DNA from: an uncultured Clostridia bacterium
GTDB taxonomy: Bacteria > Bacillota > Clostridia > Oscillospirales > Acutalibacteraceae
Direction: 5' to 3'
Assembly: GCA_946415335.1 (NCBI GenBank)
Contig: CAMKSB010000001.1
Location: 1 to 48,052, forward strand
Length of the DNA stretch: 48,052 nt
Shown here: positions 1 to 9,498 of the stretch, in pieces
Position numbering within the stretch: the first letter of the stretch is position 1
How the letters are laid out: the number at the start of each line of letters is the position of its first letter
The notes under the pieces: model-generated
Database searches by the model: none
What the model was told of the DNA's origin: nothing
The model's input: the letters and a program-made list of their open reading frames with translations, nothing else
Position numbers and translations under genes: made by a program

Positions 1-200
1 AAAGCGAGATCGATCGCGTTTTCCTTTGCGAATTTCACCATGCCCTCTTTGTCCATAACATTGATATTGACAAGTTCCGCGTCACGGGAGATGCCGCCGT
101 TTCCGGGAGCACAGTAGAGCTTGGTGCATTTGGGGCTTTCCAGCATCTTCTTGATGAGCGCGTGCTCTCTGCCGCCGGAGCCGATCATTAATATATTCAT
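1..200 (-). CDS. purD: Phosphoribosylamine-glycine ligase, N-terminal part (runs off the window)
   Basis: Manual translation MNILMIGSGGREHALIKKMLESPKCTKLYCAPGNGG shows the PurD GSGGREHA and APGNGG motifs; it follows the pur genes. Confidence 0.95.
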   Translation of the reverse strand, partial: MNILMIGSGGREHALIKKMLESPKCTKLYCAPGNGGISRDAELVNINVMDKEGMVKFAKENAIDLA

Positions 201-218
201 AGTCTCAACCTCAGCGAA

Positions 219-1397
219 TCAGTGATGGAACAGGCGAATGCCGGTAAAGGACATGGTCATGCCGTACTTATCGCAGGTCTCGATGACGTTATCATCGCGG
301 ATAGAGCCGCCGGGCTGCGCAACATACTGCACGCCGGAGCGCTTTGCTCTCTCGATGTTGTCGCCAAACGGGAAGAACGCGTCGGAGCCGAGAGACACGC
401 CGGTAAAGGTGGCGAGCCATTCCTTCTTTTCTTCTCCGGTAAGGGGTTCGGGCTTGGTCTTGAAGAACTGCTGCCAGGTACCCTCAGCCAGAACGTCCTC
501 ATAATCGTCGGAAATATAGACGTCGATGGTGTTGTCGCGGTCAGGACGGCGGATATTGTCGACGAAGGGCAGGTTCATTACCTTCGGATGCTGTCTGAGG
601 AACCAGATATCCGCCTTATTGCCTGCAAGACGGGTGCAGTGAATTCTTGACTGCTGACCGGCGCCGACGCCGATCGCCTGTCCGCCCTTGGCATAGCAAA
701 CGGAATTGGACTGGGTATATTTCAGGGTGATCAGCGCGATCAAAAGGTCGCGCTTAGCTTCTTCGGGAAGTTCCTTGTTCTTGGTGACGATATTCTGCAT
801 GAGCATGGCTTCGTCGATTTTCAGCTCATTTCTGCCCTGCTCAAAGGTCACGCCGAATACGTCCTTGTGCTCGATGGGAGCCGGAACATAGTTGGGATCG
901 ATCTTGACGACATTATAGCCGCCTTTTCTCTTGGTTTTGAGCACCTCAAGCGCCTCGGGGGTATAGTCGGGAGCGATGATGCCGTCGGAAACCTCACGCT
1001 GCAGCAGCTTGGCGGTCTGCACGTCGCAGGTGTCGGAAAGCGCTACCCAGTCGCCGTAGGAGGACATTCTGTCAGCGCCGCGAGCCATCGCGTAAGCGGA
1101 AGCGATCGGAGAAAGCTCCAGATCGTCGACAAAATAAATCTTTTTGAGCGTATCGGAAAGCTCCGTAGCAACCGCAGCACCGGCAGGGCTGACGTGCTTG
1201 AAGGAAGCCGCAGCAGGCAAACCGGTCGCCGCCTTCAGCTCACGGACGAGCTGATAGGAGTTGAAAGCGTCAAGGAAGTTGATATAGCCGGGCTTGCCGT
1301 TGAGCACCTCTACAGGCAGCTCGCTGCCGTCCTGCATAAAAATCTTTGACGGCTTCTGGTTGGGGTTGCAGCCGTACTTTAACATTAATTCGTTCAT
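219..1397 (-). CDS. purH: AICAR transformylase (stand-alone PurH C-terminal domain)
   Basis: LKYGCNPNQ, SFKHVSPAGAA, KYTQSNSV, SDAFFPF and QPGGSIRD motifs; no N-terminal IMPCH/MGS domain. Confidence 0.93.
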   Translation of the reverse strand: MNELMLKYGCNPNQKPSKIFMQDGSELPVEVLNGKPGYINFLDAFNSYQLVRELKAATGLPAAASFKHVSPAGAAVATELSDTLKKIYFVDDLELSPIASAYAMARGADRMSSYGDWVALSDTCDVQTAKLLQREVSDGIIAPDYTPEALEVLKTKRKGGYNVVKIDPNYVPAPIEHKDVFGVTFEQGRNELKIDEAMLMQNIVTKNKELPEEAKRDLLIALITLKYTQSNSVCYAKGGQAIGVGAGQQSRIHCTRLAGNKADIWFLRQHPKVMNLPFVDNIRRPDRDNTIDVYISDDYEDVLAEGTWQQFFKTKPEPLTGEEKKEWLATFTGVSLGSDAFFPFGDNIERAKRSGVQYVAQPGGSIRDDNVIETCDKYGMTMSFTGIRLFHH

Positions 1398-1409
1398 TAT
1401 TCTATCCCC

Positions 1410-2126
1410 CTACTTGTTTTTATTGATAATTCTGGAATCCGCTTTGCCGGTGGCAATGTCGATATAGCGGACAAACAGAGAAACCTTGTTATCCTCATTC
1501 AGAGCGTTCCATACCTTTTCGGCAAAGGCGTCGATATCGTCGTTGCCGATCTCCACCAGCGTCGGCTCGCCTTCAAAGCTCGGAAGCGGATTGCCGTCGC
1601 CCATGTAAGTGTGGATAAATCTGCCCTTGCCGGCAAGCGGCGCGTCATAAGAGAAGGTATAACGCTCACAGCAGGACGGATCGCCGTCGGCGCTCTTGAG
1701 AATCGACATAGCGTAGTTCATCTTGCCGTCGGAACACTTGACGATACCGGAAATGCGCGGTGTGTAGTTCGGCTCGTCCGGCTCAAACTCACGGGTACGC
1801 AGCGCCTGCTCAAAGGTGAGCTGCTGGTTCATGAGATCATAGATGGTGTCGGTCTGGTCGCCGTTGGTGACGATGGTCTTGTTGCCCAGAACACGCACAG
1901 GCGCGTAAATGATCAGAGAAGGATCGACGAGCTTGGAAGGATCAAAGGCTTCGGTCTTGATACCGTCCTCTGTCTCAACGAAAACCCTGTTTCGGCTGTT
2001 TTCGCTTCTGCCCATGATAAAGTAGGCAATGACCGCCTTGGTTCCGTCAGCGCTTCTGCCGAGGACGATACCTCTGCCGGGATAGCTGGTGGAAGCAATT
2101 TCTTGTGTGAGTGATACCGCTTTCAT
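1410..2126 (-). CDS. Stand-alone IMP cyclohydrolase (PurO-like Ntn fold)
   Basis: YPGRGI, YFIMGRSENSRNR, TNGDQTD and FEPDEPNYTPRISG motifs; AAGGAGGA RBS before the ATG at 2126; located between purN and purH. Confidence 0.85.
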   Translation of the reverse strand: MKAVSLTQEIASTSYPGRGIVLGRSADGTKAVIAYFIMGRSENSRNRVFVETEDGIKTEAFDPSKLVDPSLIIYAPVRVLGNKTIVTNGDQTDTIYDLMNQQLTFEQALRTREFEPDEPNYTPRISGIVKCSDGKMNYAMSILKSADGDPSCCERYTFSYDAPLAGKGRFIHTYMGDGNPLPSFEGEPTLVEIGNDDIDAFAEKVWNALNEDNKVSLFVRYIDIATGKADSRIINKNK

Positions 2127-2136
2127 AAGTTCCTCC

Positions 2137-2763
2137 TTAATCGAGAATTTCGGTTTTATTGTCAATTACTTTGATTTTATCATTACAAAACAGGTTGACG
2201 GCTTCGGGAAGGATGTGCCATTCCGCCTGCTCCATGACGCGTCTTTGCAGGATTTCGGGAGTGTCGCCGTTCTCTACTTCAACCGCCCTCTGGATGATAA
2301 TGGGACCGCCGTCGCATACCTCATTGACGAAATGAGCGGTGGCTCCTGTCACCTTGACGCCCTTTTTCAGCGCTTCCTCATGCACGCGGAGTCCGTAATA
2401 ACCTTCTCCGCAGAAGGAAGGAATGAGCGCCGGATGGATATTGATAATTCTGTTACGGAAATTTGAGATCACCTGTCCGCCGAGAATGGTCATGAACCCG
2501 GCAAGAACGACCAGATCCGCCTGCTTTTCCTGCAATAAGGCGGTCAACGCCGCGTCGTATTCTTCAAATGCAGCATAATCCTTGCGACGGATGATCTCGG
2601 TGGGAATACCGTTCTCTGCTGCTCTTGTCAAAGCGTAGGCTTTGGGATTGGACGAGATAACGCAGGTGATCTTGCCGCAGGTGATCTTGCCGCTTTTCTG
2701 TGCGTCGATCAGCGCTTGCAGATTTGTTCCGCCTCCGGAAACTAAAACGACGATATTTTTCAT
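2137..2763 (-). CDS. purN: Phosphoribosylglycinamide formyltransferase
   Basis: VLVSGGGTNLQA, LAGFM, NIHPALIP and DGGPII motifs. Confidence 0.96.
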   Translation of the reverse strand: MKNIVVLVSGGGTNLQALIDAQKSGKITCGKITCVISSNPKAYALTRAAENGIPTEIIRRKDYAAFEEYDAALTALLQEKQADLVVLAGFMTILGGQVISNFRNRIINIHPALIPSFCGEGYYGLRVHEEALKKGVKVTGATAHFVNEVCDGGPIIIQRAVEVENGDTPEILQRRVMEQAEWHILPEAVNLFCNDKIKVIDNKTEILD

Positions 2764-3797
2764 CAGGCAAACACAACTCCTTCGCTGCCTTCGATCACTT
2801 CGCCGAGAACGACCGCGTCCTCGCCGTTTGCCCAGAGCACTTTAAGCGCCTTGTCAGCTTCTTCTTTTGCCACTGCGACAACCATGCCGACGCCCATGTT
2901 GAAGGTGTTGAACATGTCGTGCTCAGAAATATTGCCGACGCGCTGCATCAATGTGAAAATCGGCAGAACGGGGATGTTCTCCTTGATGATCTTCGCGGTC
3001 ATGCCGTCCTTTAACATTCTGGGAATGTTCTCATAGAAGCCGCCGCCTGTGATATGCGATACCGCCTTGACCTCAACCTCTTTCATCAGTGCGAGGATCG
3101 GCTTGACGTAGATCTTGGTGGGCGTGAGCAGCGCTTCGCCAAGAGGCTTGTCGAGTTCCGGATAGGTGTTGTGGATGGTTTCTTCGTTGATGTCAAAAAT
3201 CTTTCTCACCAGTGAGAAGCCGTTGGAATGAACGCCGGAGGAACGCAGACCGATGAGCACATCACCGGATGTAAGCTTTGAGCCGTCGATCATCTTGGGC
3301 TTGTCGGCAATACCGACGCAGAAGCCTGCCACATCGTATTCGTCCTCGGGCATGAGTCCGGGATGCTCCGCGGTTTCTCCGCCGACGAGCGCGCATTCTG
3401 ACTGCACGCAGCCTTCGGCGATACCTTCCACAATGGAAGCGACTTTCTCGGGAATATTCTTGCCGATCGCGATATAGTCGAGGAAGAACAACGGCTTGGC
3501 ACCGCAGCAGATCACGTCGTTAACACACATGGCAACGGAGTCGATACCAATCGTGTCATGCTTGTCCAGCAGGAACGCCAGCTTGATTTTTGTGCCGACG
3601 CCGTCGGTGCCGCTGATGAGCACCGGCTCCTCCATACCGGCAAAATCCGGCTTGAAAAGACCACCAAAGCCGCCGATTCCGGAAATTACGCCGTCGGTTT
3701 TAGTACGGGCAACGTGCTTTTTCATCAGTTCAACCGCCTTGTAGCCGGCTGTGATGTCTACGCCTGCCGCTTTATAACTCTCAGAAAAGCTATCCAT
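2763..3797 (-). CDS. purM: AIR synthase
   Basis: YKAAGVDI, GTDGVGTK, GGETAEHPG, SSGVHSNG, HITGGG and FNMGVG motifs; start chosen from the GGAGG RBS. Confidence 0.96.
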   Translation of the reverse strand: MDSFSESYKAAGVDITAGYKAVELMKKHVARTKTDGVISGIGGFGGLFKPDFAGMEEPVLISGTDGVGTKIKLAFLLDKHDTIGIDSVAMCVNDVICCGAKPLFFLDYIAIGKNIPEKVASIVEGIAEGCVQSECALVGGETAEHPGLMPEDEYDVAGFCVGIADKPKMIDGSKLTSGDVLIGLRSSGVHSNGFSLVRKIFDINEETIHNTYPELDKPLGEALLTPTKIYVKPILALMKEVEVKAVSHITGGGFYENIPRMLKDGMTAKIIKENIPVLPIFTLMQRVGNISEHDMFNTFNMGVGMVVAVAKEEADKALKVLWANGEDAVVLGEVIEGSEGVVFA

Positions 3798-3809
3798 AAT
3801 CATCCTCCG

Positions 3810-5252
3810 TTACTTTCTGTTGATTTTATTTGCGTATTTATCGACAAAGAAGTGAGTGGGAACCTCCGCGGAATAACGCTCGGTAAAGCAACCGTCGCAG
3901 AGGTCGATGTGCGCGTCTTTTACGCTTTCGCGCAGGCTTTCCACGCTGAGATAACCCAGAGAATCCGCGCCGATCTCCTGACGTATCTCGTCAACGCTCA
4001 TGTGCGTGGCGATCAGGCTCTCCTTGTCGTGGATATCAATGCCGAAGTAGCAGGGCGACACAAACGGCGGTGAACTGATCAGGATATGCACCTCTTTCGC
4101 GCCGGCGTCACGCAGCAATCCGACAATATGCTTGGTGGTTTCGCCGCGAATGATCGAGTCGTCAATGACGATCACGCGCTTGCCTTCGATATTGGAACGC
4201 AGTGCCGTCAGCTTGGTCTGCATGAGGCGCTTTTTCTTCTCCATGCCGGTGCCGACTTTTCTGCCGATATATTTATTCTTCATGAAGCCCATGCCGAACG
4301 GGATGCCGGACGCTTTGGCATAACCCTCGGCGGCGATGATACCGGAATCCGGTACGCCGCAGACCATGTCGGCTTCGATGGGATATTCTTTATAGAGCAA
4401 CTCACCCAGACGGATGCGTGCCGTATGAACGCTCACGCCGTCGATCACGCTGTCGGGACGCGCTACATATACATATTCAAAAATACAGAAGGAGGTCTTT
4501 TCGCTCTTCTTCTGCTGGTGATAGCTAAAGAAGCCGTCCTCAGTGATGACGACCATCTCGCCTGGCTCCACGTCGCGGACAAATTCACCGCCGACGCTGT
4601 CGATGGCACAACTCTCGGAAGCTATAATGTAGCTGTTTTTCAGCTTGCCGATACAGAGCGGACGGAAGCCGTAGCAGTCGCGAAAACCGATCAGTCGCGT
4701 CGGCGCGCAGATAACCGCAGAATAAGCTCCCTTGAGCTTACCCATGGCGCGCAGAACCGCATCCTCCAAGTTATCCGTCGCACAGCGTTCCGTCGCGATG
4801 ACGTAGCCCATCAACTCCGCGTTGGAGTTGGACTGGAAGATCGCGCCGCCGCGCTCCAGTTCTTTTCGAATCTCCGGGAAATTGGTGATCGCGCCGTTTG
4901 CAGAGATTGCAATAGAGCCTTCGCGGTAACGGAGCACCAACGGCTGATTTGCAGCGCGGTCGAGACTCTGACTGGAGGTATAGCGGACGTGTCCGACGGT
5001 GATCTTGCCGCTTTTGAGTTTGGCAAGCACCTTCGGAGTGAAAACCTCCGAAACCACACCCAGTTCCTTGACCGTGGAAAACACCTCGTTTTCATTCACG
5101 GTAATACCGGCGCTGATTTGTCCTCTGTGCTGCAATCCAAACAGCGCGTCATGCGTGATGGCAATACTGTCGAGACCGTCGTTATTGTAAAAACCGAATA
5201 CGCCGCATTCATCCATGGCTTTTTCGGAAAAGGGAATGTTCACCTGTTTCAT
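3810..5252 (-). CDS. purF: Amidophosphoribosyltransferase (divergent)
   Basis: Propeptide followed by ECGVFG; QHRGQ, GHVRY, RPDS, VPDSG and DDSIIRG motifs; four Fe-S cysteines. Several conserved motifs are altered (see findings). Confidence 0.85.
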   Translation of the reverse strand: MKQVNIPFSEKAMDECGVFGFYNNDGLDSIAITHDALFGLQHRGQISAGITVNENEVFSTVKELGVVSEVFTPKVLAKLKSGKITVGHVRYTSSQSLDRAANQPLVLRYREGSIAISANGAITNFPEIRKELERGGAIFQSNSNAELMGYVIATERCATDNLEDAVLRAMGKLKGAYSAVICAPTRLIGFRDCYGFRPLCIGKLKNSYIIASESCAIDSVGGEFVRDVEPGEMVVITEDGFFSYHQQKKSEKTSFCIFEYVYVARPDSVIDGVSVHTARIRLGELLYKEYPIEADMVCGVPDSGIIAAEGYAKASGIPFGMGFMKNKYIGRKVGTGMEKKKRLMQTKLTALRSNIEGKRVIVIDDSIIRGETTKHIVGLLRDAGAKEVHILISSPPFVSPCYFGIDIHDKESLIATHMSVDEIRQEIGADSLGYLSVESLRESVKDAHIDLCDGCFTERYSAEVPTHFFVDKYANKINRK

Positions 5253-5749
5253 TAAAGCTCAGCCACCTTTGCCTGCATTGCTTTATCCTTTTCGGCGACG
5301 CCCTGCGCCATCTCCGCCTTCATATCCTCGAGCTTCTGCGCGAGCGCTTCATCCGACAGAGCGAGCATTTCGACAGCGAGGATCGCTGCATTCGCAGCGC
5401 CGTCAACCGCGACGGTCGCCACCGGGATACCGGTAGGCATCATGACCGTTGCCAAAAGCGCGTCCATGCCGTCAAGCTGCGCGGATTTGCAGGGAATACC
5501 GATGACCGGAAGGGTCGTTTTCGCAGCGAGAACACCGGCGAGATGCGCCGCCATTCCGGCAGCCGCGATGATCACGCCAAAGCCGTTTTTGCGTGCGTTG
5601 GCAGAAAACTCGATTGCCGCGTCAGGCGTTCTGTGAGCACTCATAACATGCACCTCACAGGGAACGTCAAACTCCCTGAGTTTTTTGACCGCCTTGGAAA
5701 CAACGGGAAAATCGCTGTCTGAACCCATGATGATAGCTACCTTTTTCAT
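5252..5749 (-). CDS. purE: N5-CAIR mutase
   Basis: IIMGSDSD, SAHRTP, AGMAAHLAG and MPTGIPVATV motifs. Confidence 0.97.
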   Translation of the reverse strand: MKKVAIIMGSDSDFPVVSKAVKKLREFDVPCEVHVMSAHRTPDAAIEFSANARKNGFGVIIAAAGMAAHLAGVLAAKTTLPVIGIPCKSAQLDGMDALLATVMMPTGIPVATVAVDGAANAAILAVEMLALSDEALAQKLEDMKAEMAQGVAEKDKAMQAKVAEL

Positions 5750-5790
5750 AATTCGCTCCTTATTCGCTTGAAAAAAATTTTAATCAATTA

Positions 5791-5819
5791 ATTATAAATT
5801 ATTTCAGACAAAAATGCAA
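5791..5819 (-). promoter_or_regulatory. sigmaA-type promoter of the pur operon
   Basis: TTGCAT-N17-TATAAT on the minus strand, about 40 nt upstream of purE. Confidence 0.65.
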
Positions 5820-5840
5820 TAGGATAAAAGAATTATAACG

Positions 5841-5870
5841 AAAATAGGGCTCGCCGTCGTGACGAACCCT
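5841..5870 (-). terminator. Intrinsic terminator
   Basis: AGGGTTCGTC/GGCGAGCCCT stem followed by ATTTT, just after the stop at 5877. Confidence 0.55.
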
Positions 5871-5876
5871 GAATGT

Positions 5877-7343
5877 TTATGATTTTCTTGCAGGCACGAT
5901 GGCTTCATCAACCGTTGCCTTACCTTGATCGTCCTTGAGTTCCTCCAGACTGTCCGAATCGCGCATATGCGGAAAAAGACGCTCCATGCGCTTATCATTG
6001 AAGTGCTCGTCGAAATAATAGCCAAGAGCGGTCTGAGGCGGCTTGCACTGGACGCGTTGGTTCCAGCGATAAATAGCGCCGGTCGTGATAAACGCGTTAT
6101 ATACCATGAAGAAAAACAGTACCGTCAATACGACCGAGCCGTACTTCTTCGGTATTTTTTCGATCTGACGGGAGACAAACGGATAGAGATACCTCACCCA
6201 GACTAATCCCAGAAAACCCCAGAACAAGCCGTAGAGCAGACTGGTTCTGCCGTTGATATTCAGCGGCATATCGCTGTAGTCCCATGAAACGGTACCGAGG
6301 AAGGTCTCTTGCCCCCATGAACAGATGTATTCAAAAAAGCAGCCAAGCACACCGCTGATAATGAAGATCAGCGTATCGCTGAGCTTGTATAGCTTGTAGA
6401 GCACAACTGTCAGCAGGCACGCACCGCCGCCGTAAACCGGAATAAAGGGACCGTAGACTACACCGACGCGGAACTCAAAATGTCCTTCCACAATCAGGGC
6501 GTAAACCGTTTCGATGCAGGTTCCGATAAAAGAGCCTATCATAAACAGTGCAAAGAGTTTGGATAAGCACAAGCCGGAAGCAAACGGCTTGTCCTCCTTG
6601 TTCTCGTATACGGTCGTATACTGCTTCATGTTCTCCGCCTTGACCGCTTCCAGCTTCGCGGTGAGCTGTTTCACGTACGCCGTACTTTTCAGTTCGGGAA
6701 ACGCCAGCGTAATGCGCTTGCGCAACAGCGTGTCTGTAAAAAGGCGGTTATAGTTTTTTGTCAACTCCTCCAGCTTTTGACTGTCGACGTCTTCTCCGAG
6801 CAGATCCGCCAGATTGTTCAGCTTGCGGACGCGCCTTCTCAGGCGAATGACGGAGATGAACGAAAACACGTAGTCGATCAGCATCACCAAGCAAAGAGAT
6901 AAGACGACGATCATGCTGACAAGCGGCGGGATCAGTCCCAAGATCAGATCCAGCAGGGGAATCAGCATTCTAACCGCAAAAACGCCGCCGAGTCCCAGAA
7001 GCAATGAATGCGGAAGCGTGATAAAACTGCCGATCGAGAAGCGCTGAGAAGAAAAATCCCACGGTTTGCACCCCAGTAATTTTTCGGTAATGAAGCCGAG
7101 CAGGACGCAGTACAAGGACAACAGAATGCTCGAACCGACAAAGATAACAAACAGGTTTTTCGTCAGAAAATGAAATACCAGATAGCATAGTATGCCGCCT
7201 AACCCATAGCTCGGACAGACAGGCATCGTCAGAAAGCCGTTACTGTAAAAGCGGTGCTCGGTGATAAAGTGATAAATGCCGCTGTATAACCAGCCGAGAA
7301 ACGACATGATCATGAAATACCACAGCAAATTTACAATATTCAT
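5877..7343 (-). CDS. Membrane protein with two putative ABC-permease (CmpB/DUF1113-like) domains
   Basis: The pattern 'SFLGW..GFL..P.CP.YG.G...WD(F/Y)S' occurs twice, separated by a hydrophilic linker. Confidence 0.75.
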   Translation of the reverse strand: MNIVNLLWYFMIMSFLGWLYSGIYHFITEHRFYSNGFLTMPVCPSYGLGGILCYLVFHFLTKNLFVIFVGSSILLSLYCVLLGFITEKLLGCKPWDFSSQRFSIGSFITLPHSLLLGLGGVFAVRMLIPLLDLILGLIPPLVSMIVVLSLCLVMLIDYVFSFISVIRLRRRVRKLNNLADLLGEDVDSQKLEELTKNYNRLFTDTLLRKRITLAFPELKSTAYVKQLTAKLEAVKAENMKQYTTVYENKEDKPFASGLCLSKLFALFMIGSFIGTCIETVYALIVEGHFEFRVGVVYGPFIPVYGGGACLLTVVLYKLYKLSDTLIFIISGVLGCFFEYICSWGQETFLGTVSWDYSDMPLNINGRTSLLYGLFWGFLGLVWVRYLYPFVSRQIEKIPKKYGSVVLTVLFFFMVYNAFITTGAIYRWNQRVQCKPPQTALGYYFDEHFNDKRMERLFPHMRDSDSLEELKDDQGKATVDEAIVPARKS

Positions 7344-7361
7344 CGGTGTTCCCTCTCCCTA

Positions 7362-7391
7362 AAAAACAGCGGTCAGATCCTCTGACCGCTG
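7362..7391 (-). terminator. Intrinsic terminator after the SPFH gene
   Basis: Perfect 11-bp stem CAGCGGTCAGA/TCTGACCGCTG followed by TTTTTT on the minus strand. Confidence 0.8.
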
Positions 7392-7399
7392 AAGCCTGT

Positions 7400-8302
7400 T
7401 TATTCGCCGTCCTTCCAGATCTCCTTGATGGCAGTCACACTGCCGGCAAGTCCCTGAATGTCGGAAGGAATAATGATCTTTGTCGCCTTGCCGTCAGCCG
7501 CTTTGGCAAATGCTTCAAGGCTTTTAAGCTGAATGATTCGGTCTGACGGAGCCGCCTCGTTGAGCATGCGCAGCGCGTCGGCGTTCGCCTTCTGTACGGT
7601 GAGGATCGCTTCCGCTTCACCTTCGGCTTCACGGATCTTCTGCTCCTTGACAGCGTCCGCTTTCAGAATGGCGGATTCCTTCAAACCCTCAGCAACAAGT
7701 ATCTGACTGCGCTTTTCGCCTTCCGCGTCCAGAATACGCGCACGGCGTTCACGCTCTGCCTTCATCTGCTTTTCCATGGCGTCCTGGATCTCGCGCGGCG
7801 GAAGAATGTTCTTCAACTCGACACGAATGACGCGGATGCCCCATGCGTCAGTCGCTTCATCGAGGATGATGCGGATCTTATCGTTGATGGTGTCACGGCT
7901 GGTGAGCGTATTATCAAGCTCGAGGTCGCCGATGATATTTCTCAGCGTGGTTGCCGTCAGGTTTTCAATCGCGCTGAGCGGACGCTCTACGCCATAGGTA
8001 TAGAGCTTCGGGTCGGTGATCTCAAAGTATACGACCGTGTCGATCTGCATGGTTACGTTATCGCGGGTGATAACCGGCTGCGGCGGAAAATCGACAACCT
8101 GTTCCTTTAAGGAGACCTTTTTTGAGATTCTGTCAATAAACGGTACCTTGAGATGCAGACCGGTTTCCCAAGTCGCGTGGTACGCGCCCAAACGTTCAAT
8201 GACATAGGCATGCGCCTGCGGTACGATCTTGATGTTGCGGGCTATCAAGATGATAATAACGAGTAAAATACCGATAGCAACAAATATTCCGACAAATTGC
8301 AT
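7400..8302 (-). CDS. SPFH/stomatin-like (QmcA-type) protein
   Basis: N-terminal TM; VIERLG, VITRDNV, LRNIIG and AMEKQMKAERERRA motifs; coupled to nfeD. Confidence 0.93.
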   Translation of the reverse strand: MQFVGIFVAIGILLVIIILIARNIKIVPQAHAYVIERLGAYHATWETGLHLKVPFIDRISKKVSLKEQVVDFPPQPVITRDNVTMQIDTVVYFEITDPKLYTYGVERPLSAIENLTATTLRNIIGDLELDNTLTSRDTINDKIRIILDEATDAWGIRVIRVELKNILPPREIQDAMEKQMKAERERRARILDAEGEKRSQILVAEGLKESAILKADAVKEQKIREAEGEAEAILTVQKANADALRMLNEAAPSDRIIQLKSLEAFAKAADGKATKIIIPSDIQGLAGSVTAIKEIWKDGE

Positions 8303-8304
8303 AA

Positions 8305-8754
8305 TCAATCCTCCTGTTTTTGTGTTTCTTCTACGATCAGACGAACGCCTTCGATATCGAGCACCTCAACCTTAGTGCCGACCTTGACCGGCGTGATTTC
8401 AGATTGTGCGCTCCATGTCTCACCCATTACCTTGACTTGTCCGACAGAAAACGGATCGACGATTTCCGCGGTGACAATACCTTTCTGTCCGATCAAACGA
8501 TCGGCATTGGTACTCACCTTACTGCTTGCCTTGCGGAAATGCTTGACAATCGGACGCGTCACCACCAGTGAAACAGCGGAAACAACGAGAAAAACTAACA
8601 ACTGTATAAATATTGACGGTGTGAAAATGGTGGAAACAGCCGCGGCAACCGCTCCAAACACAAACCAGATAGATACTAACTGTGTCGTAGCGGCTTCACA
8701 TACAGCCATCACGATGGCAAATCCAATCCAAATAAAAGGCATATATTTCTCCAT
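8305..8754 (-). CDS. Short NfeD-family membrane protein
   Basis: Hydrophobic N-terminus plus OB-fold motif GQVKVMGETWSA; directly upstream of the SPFH gene. Confidence 0.9.
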   Translation of the reverse strand: MEKYMPFIWIGFAIVMAVCEAATTQLVSIWFVFGAVAAAVSTIFTPSIFIQLLVFLVVSAVSLVVTRPIVKHFRKASSKVSTNADRLIGQKGIVTAEIVDPFSVGQVKVMGETWSAQSEITPVKVGTKVEVLDIEGVRLIVEETQKQED

Positions 8755-8780
8755 TGGAAAACACTCCTTTCTTAACTATG

Positions 8781-8809
8781 ATTCTATCACAATGTAGCGG
8801 CTACGTCAA
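8781..8809 (-). promoter_or_regulatory. sigmaA-type promoter of nfeD-SPFH
   Basis: TTGACG-N17-TAGAAT with a TG extension. Confidence 0.6.
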
Positions 8810-8838
8810 ATATTTTTTACCGTGACTTTCTATTTTAT

Positions 8839-8867
8839 TTGCCATATAGATTATTATATGTTATAAT
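8839..8867 (+). promoter_or_regulatory. sigmaA-type promoter of the DUF4364 gene
   Basis: TTGCCA-N17-TATAAT with TGn extended -10. Confidence 0.6.
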
Positions 8868-8880
8868 AAAGAGGAAAATC

Positions 8881-9498
8881 ATGATTGCGGGTGATAAAAT
8901 GATAAACGATACCTTTGATGAGGGAATTGCCCTCGGCGGATTGCGCAGTAAACGTGAAATCAAAGTCTTGATCTGCTATCTGTTCGCCAGCGTCAAGGAC
9001 GCGCTCAGCGAAAGCCTGGTAACAGAAGCCATCATTGAATATGAGCTTGCCAATTTTTTTGAGGTCAAAGCGGCTTTTGATGAACTGCTTCGCGGCGAAA
9101 ATCTCAAAAAAGCCGGTATCGTGGACAACGAACAGACGTACCTGCTCACGGAACAGGGTGAAATGATCGCGTCTCAGCTCGAGAGCACGCTCGCCCATTC
9201 CGTCAAAGAAAAAGCGCTGAAATGCGCCGTTGAACTGCTCGCGGAACGCAAAACCGCGCGAGAAAACACGGTGGAAATCGAGAAAACCGAGAACGGTTAT
9301 CGGGTGAACTGCCATGTTTCCGGCGGCGACGTCGATTTGCTTCAATTCTCCCTTTACGCGCCGGATATTGAACAGGCGGAACTGATGAAGAAAAACTTCC
9401 TCAGCTATCCGGCCACTGTATTCAAAACAATGCTCGCGCTCATGACGAAGAATAAAGAGAGCGTCGGCGAAGCGTTAGAGGAACTCTTTCTGCGTTAA
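8881..9498 (+). CDS. DUF4364-family winged-helix protein
   Basis: GGLRSKREIKVLICYL...ANFFEV...YLLTEQG pattern; start at 8881 or 8899. Confidence 0.75.
   Translation: MIAGDKMINDTFDEGIALGGLRSKREIKVLICYLFASVKDALSESLVTEAIIEYELANFFEVKAAFDELLRGENLKKAGIVDNEQTYLLTEQGEMIASQLESTLAHSVKEKALKCAVELLAERKTARENTVEIEKTENGYRVNCHVSGGDVDLLQFSLYAPDIEQAELMKKNFLSYPATVFKTMLALMTKNKESVGEALEELFLR

Noticed and set aside
4086-5255. 389-aa plus-strand ORF
   Set aside because: Antisense shadow of purF with no motifs or RBS; typical of GC3-biased coding DNA.
5750-5800. Purine/ZTP riboswitch or PurBox upstream of purE
   Set aside because: The leader is only about 35 nt. Two GCGAAT repeats are present but too short to call an operator.
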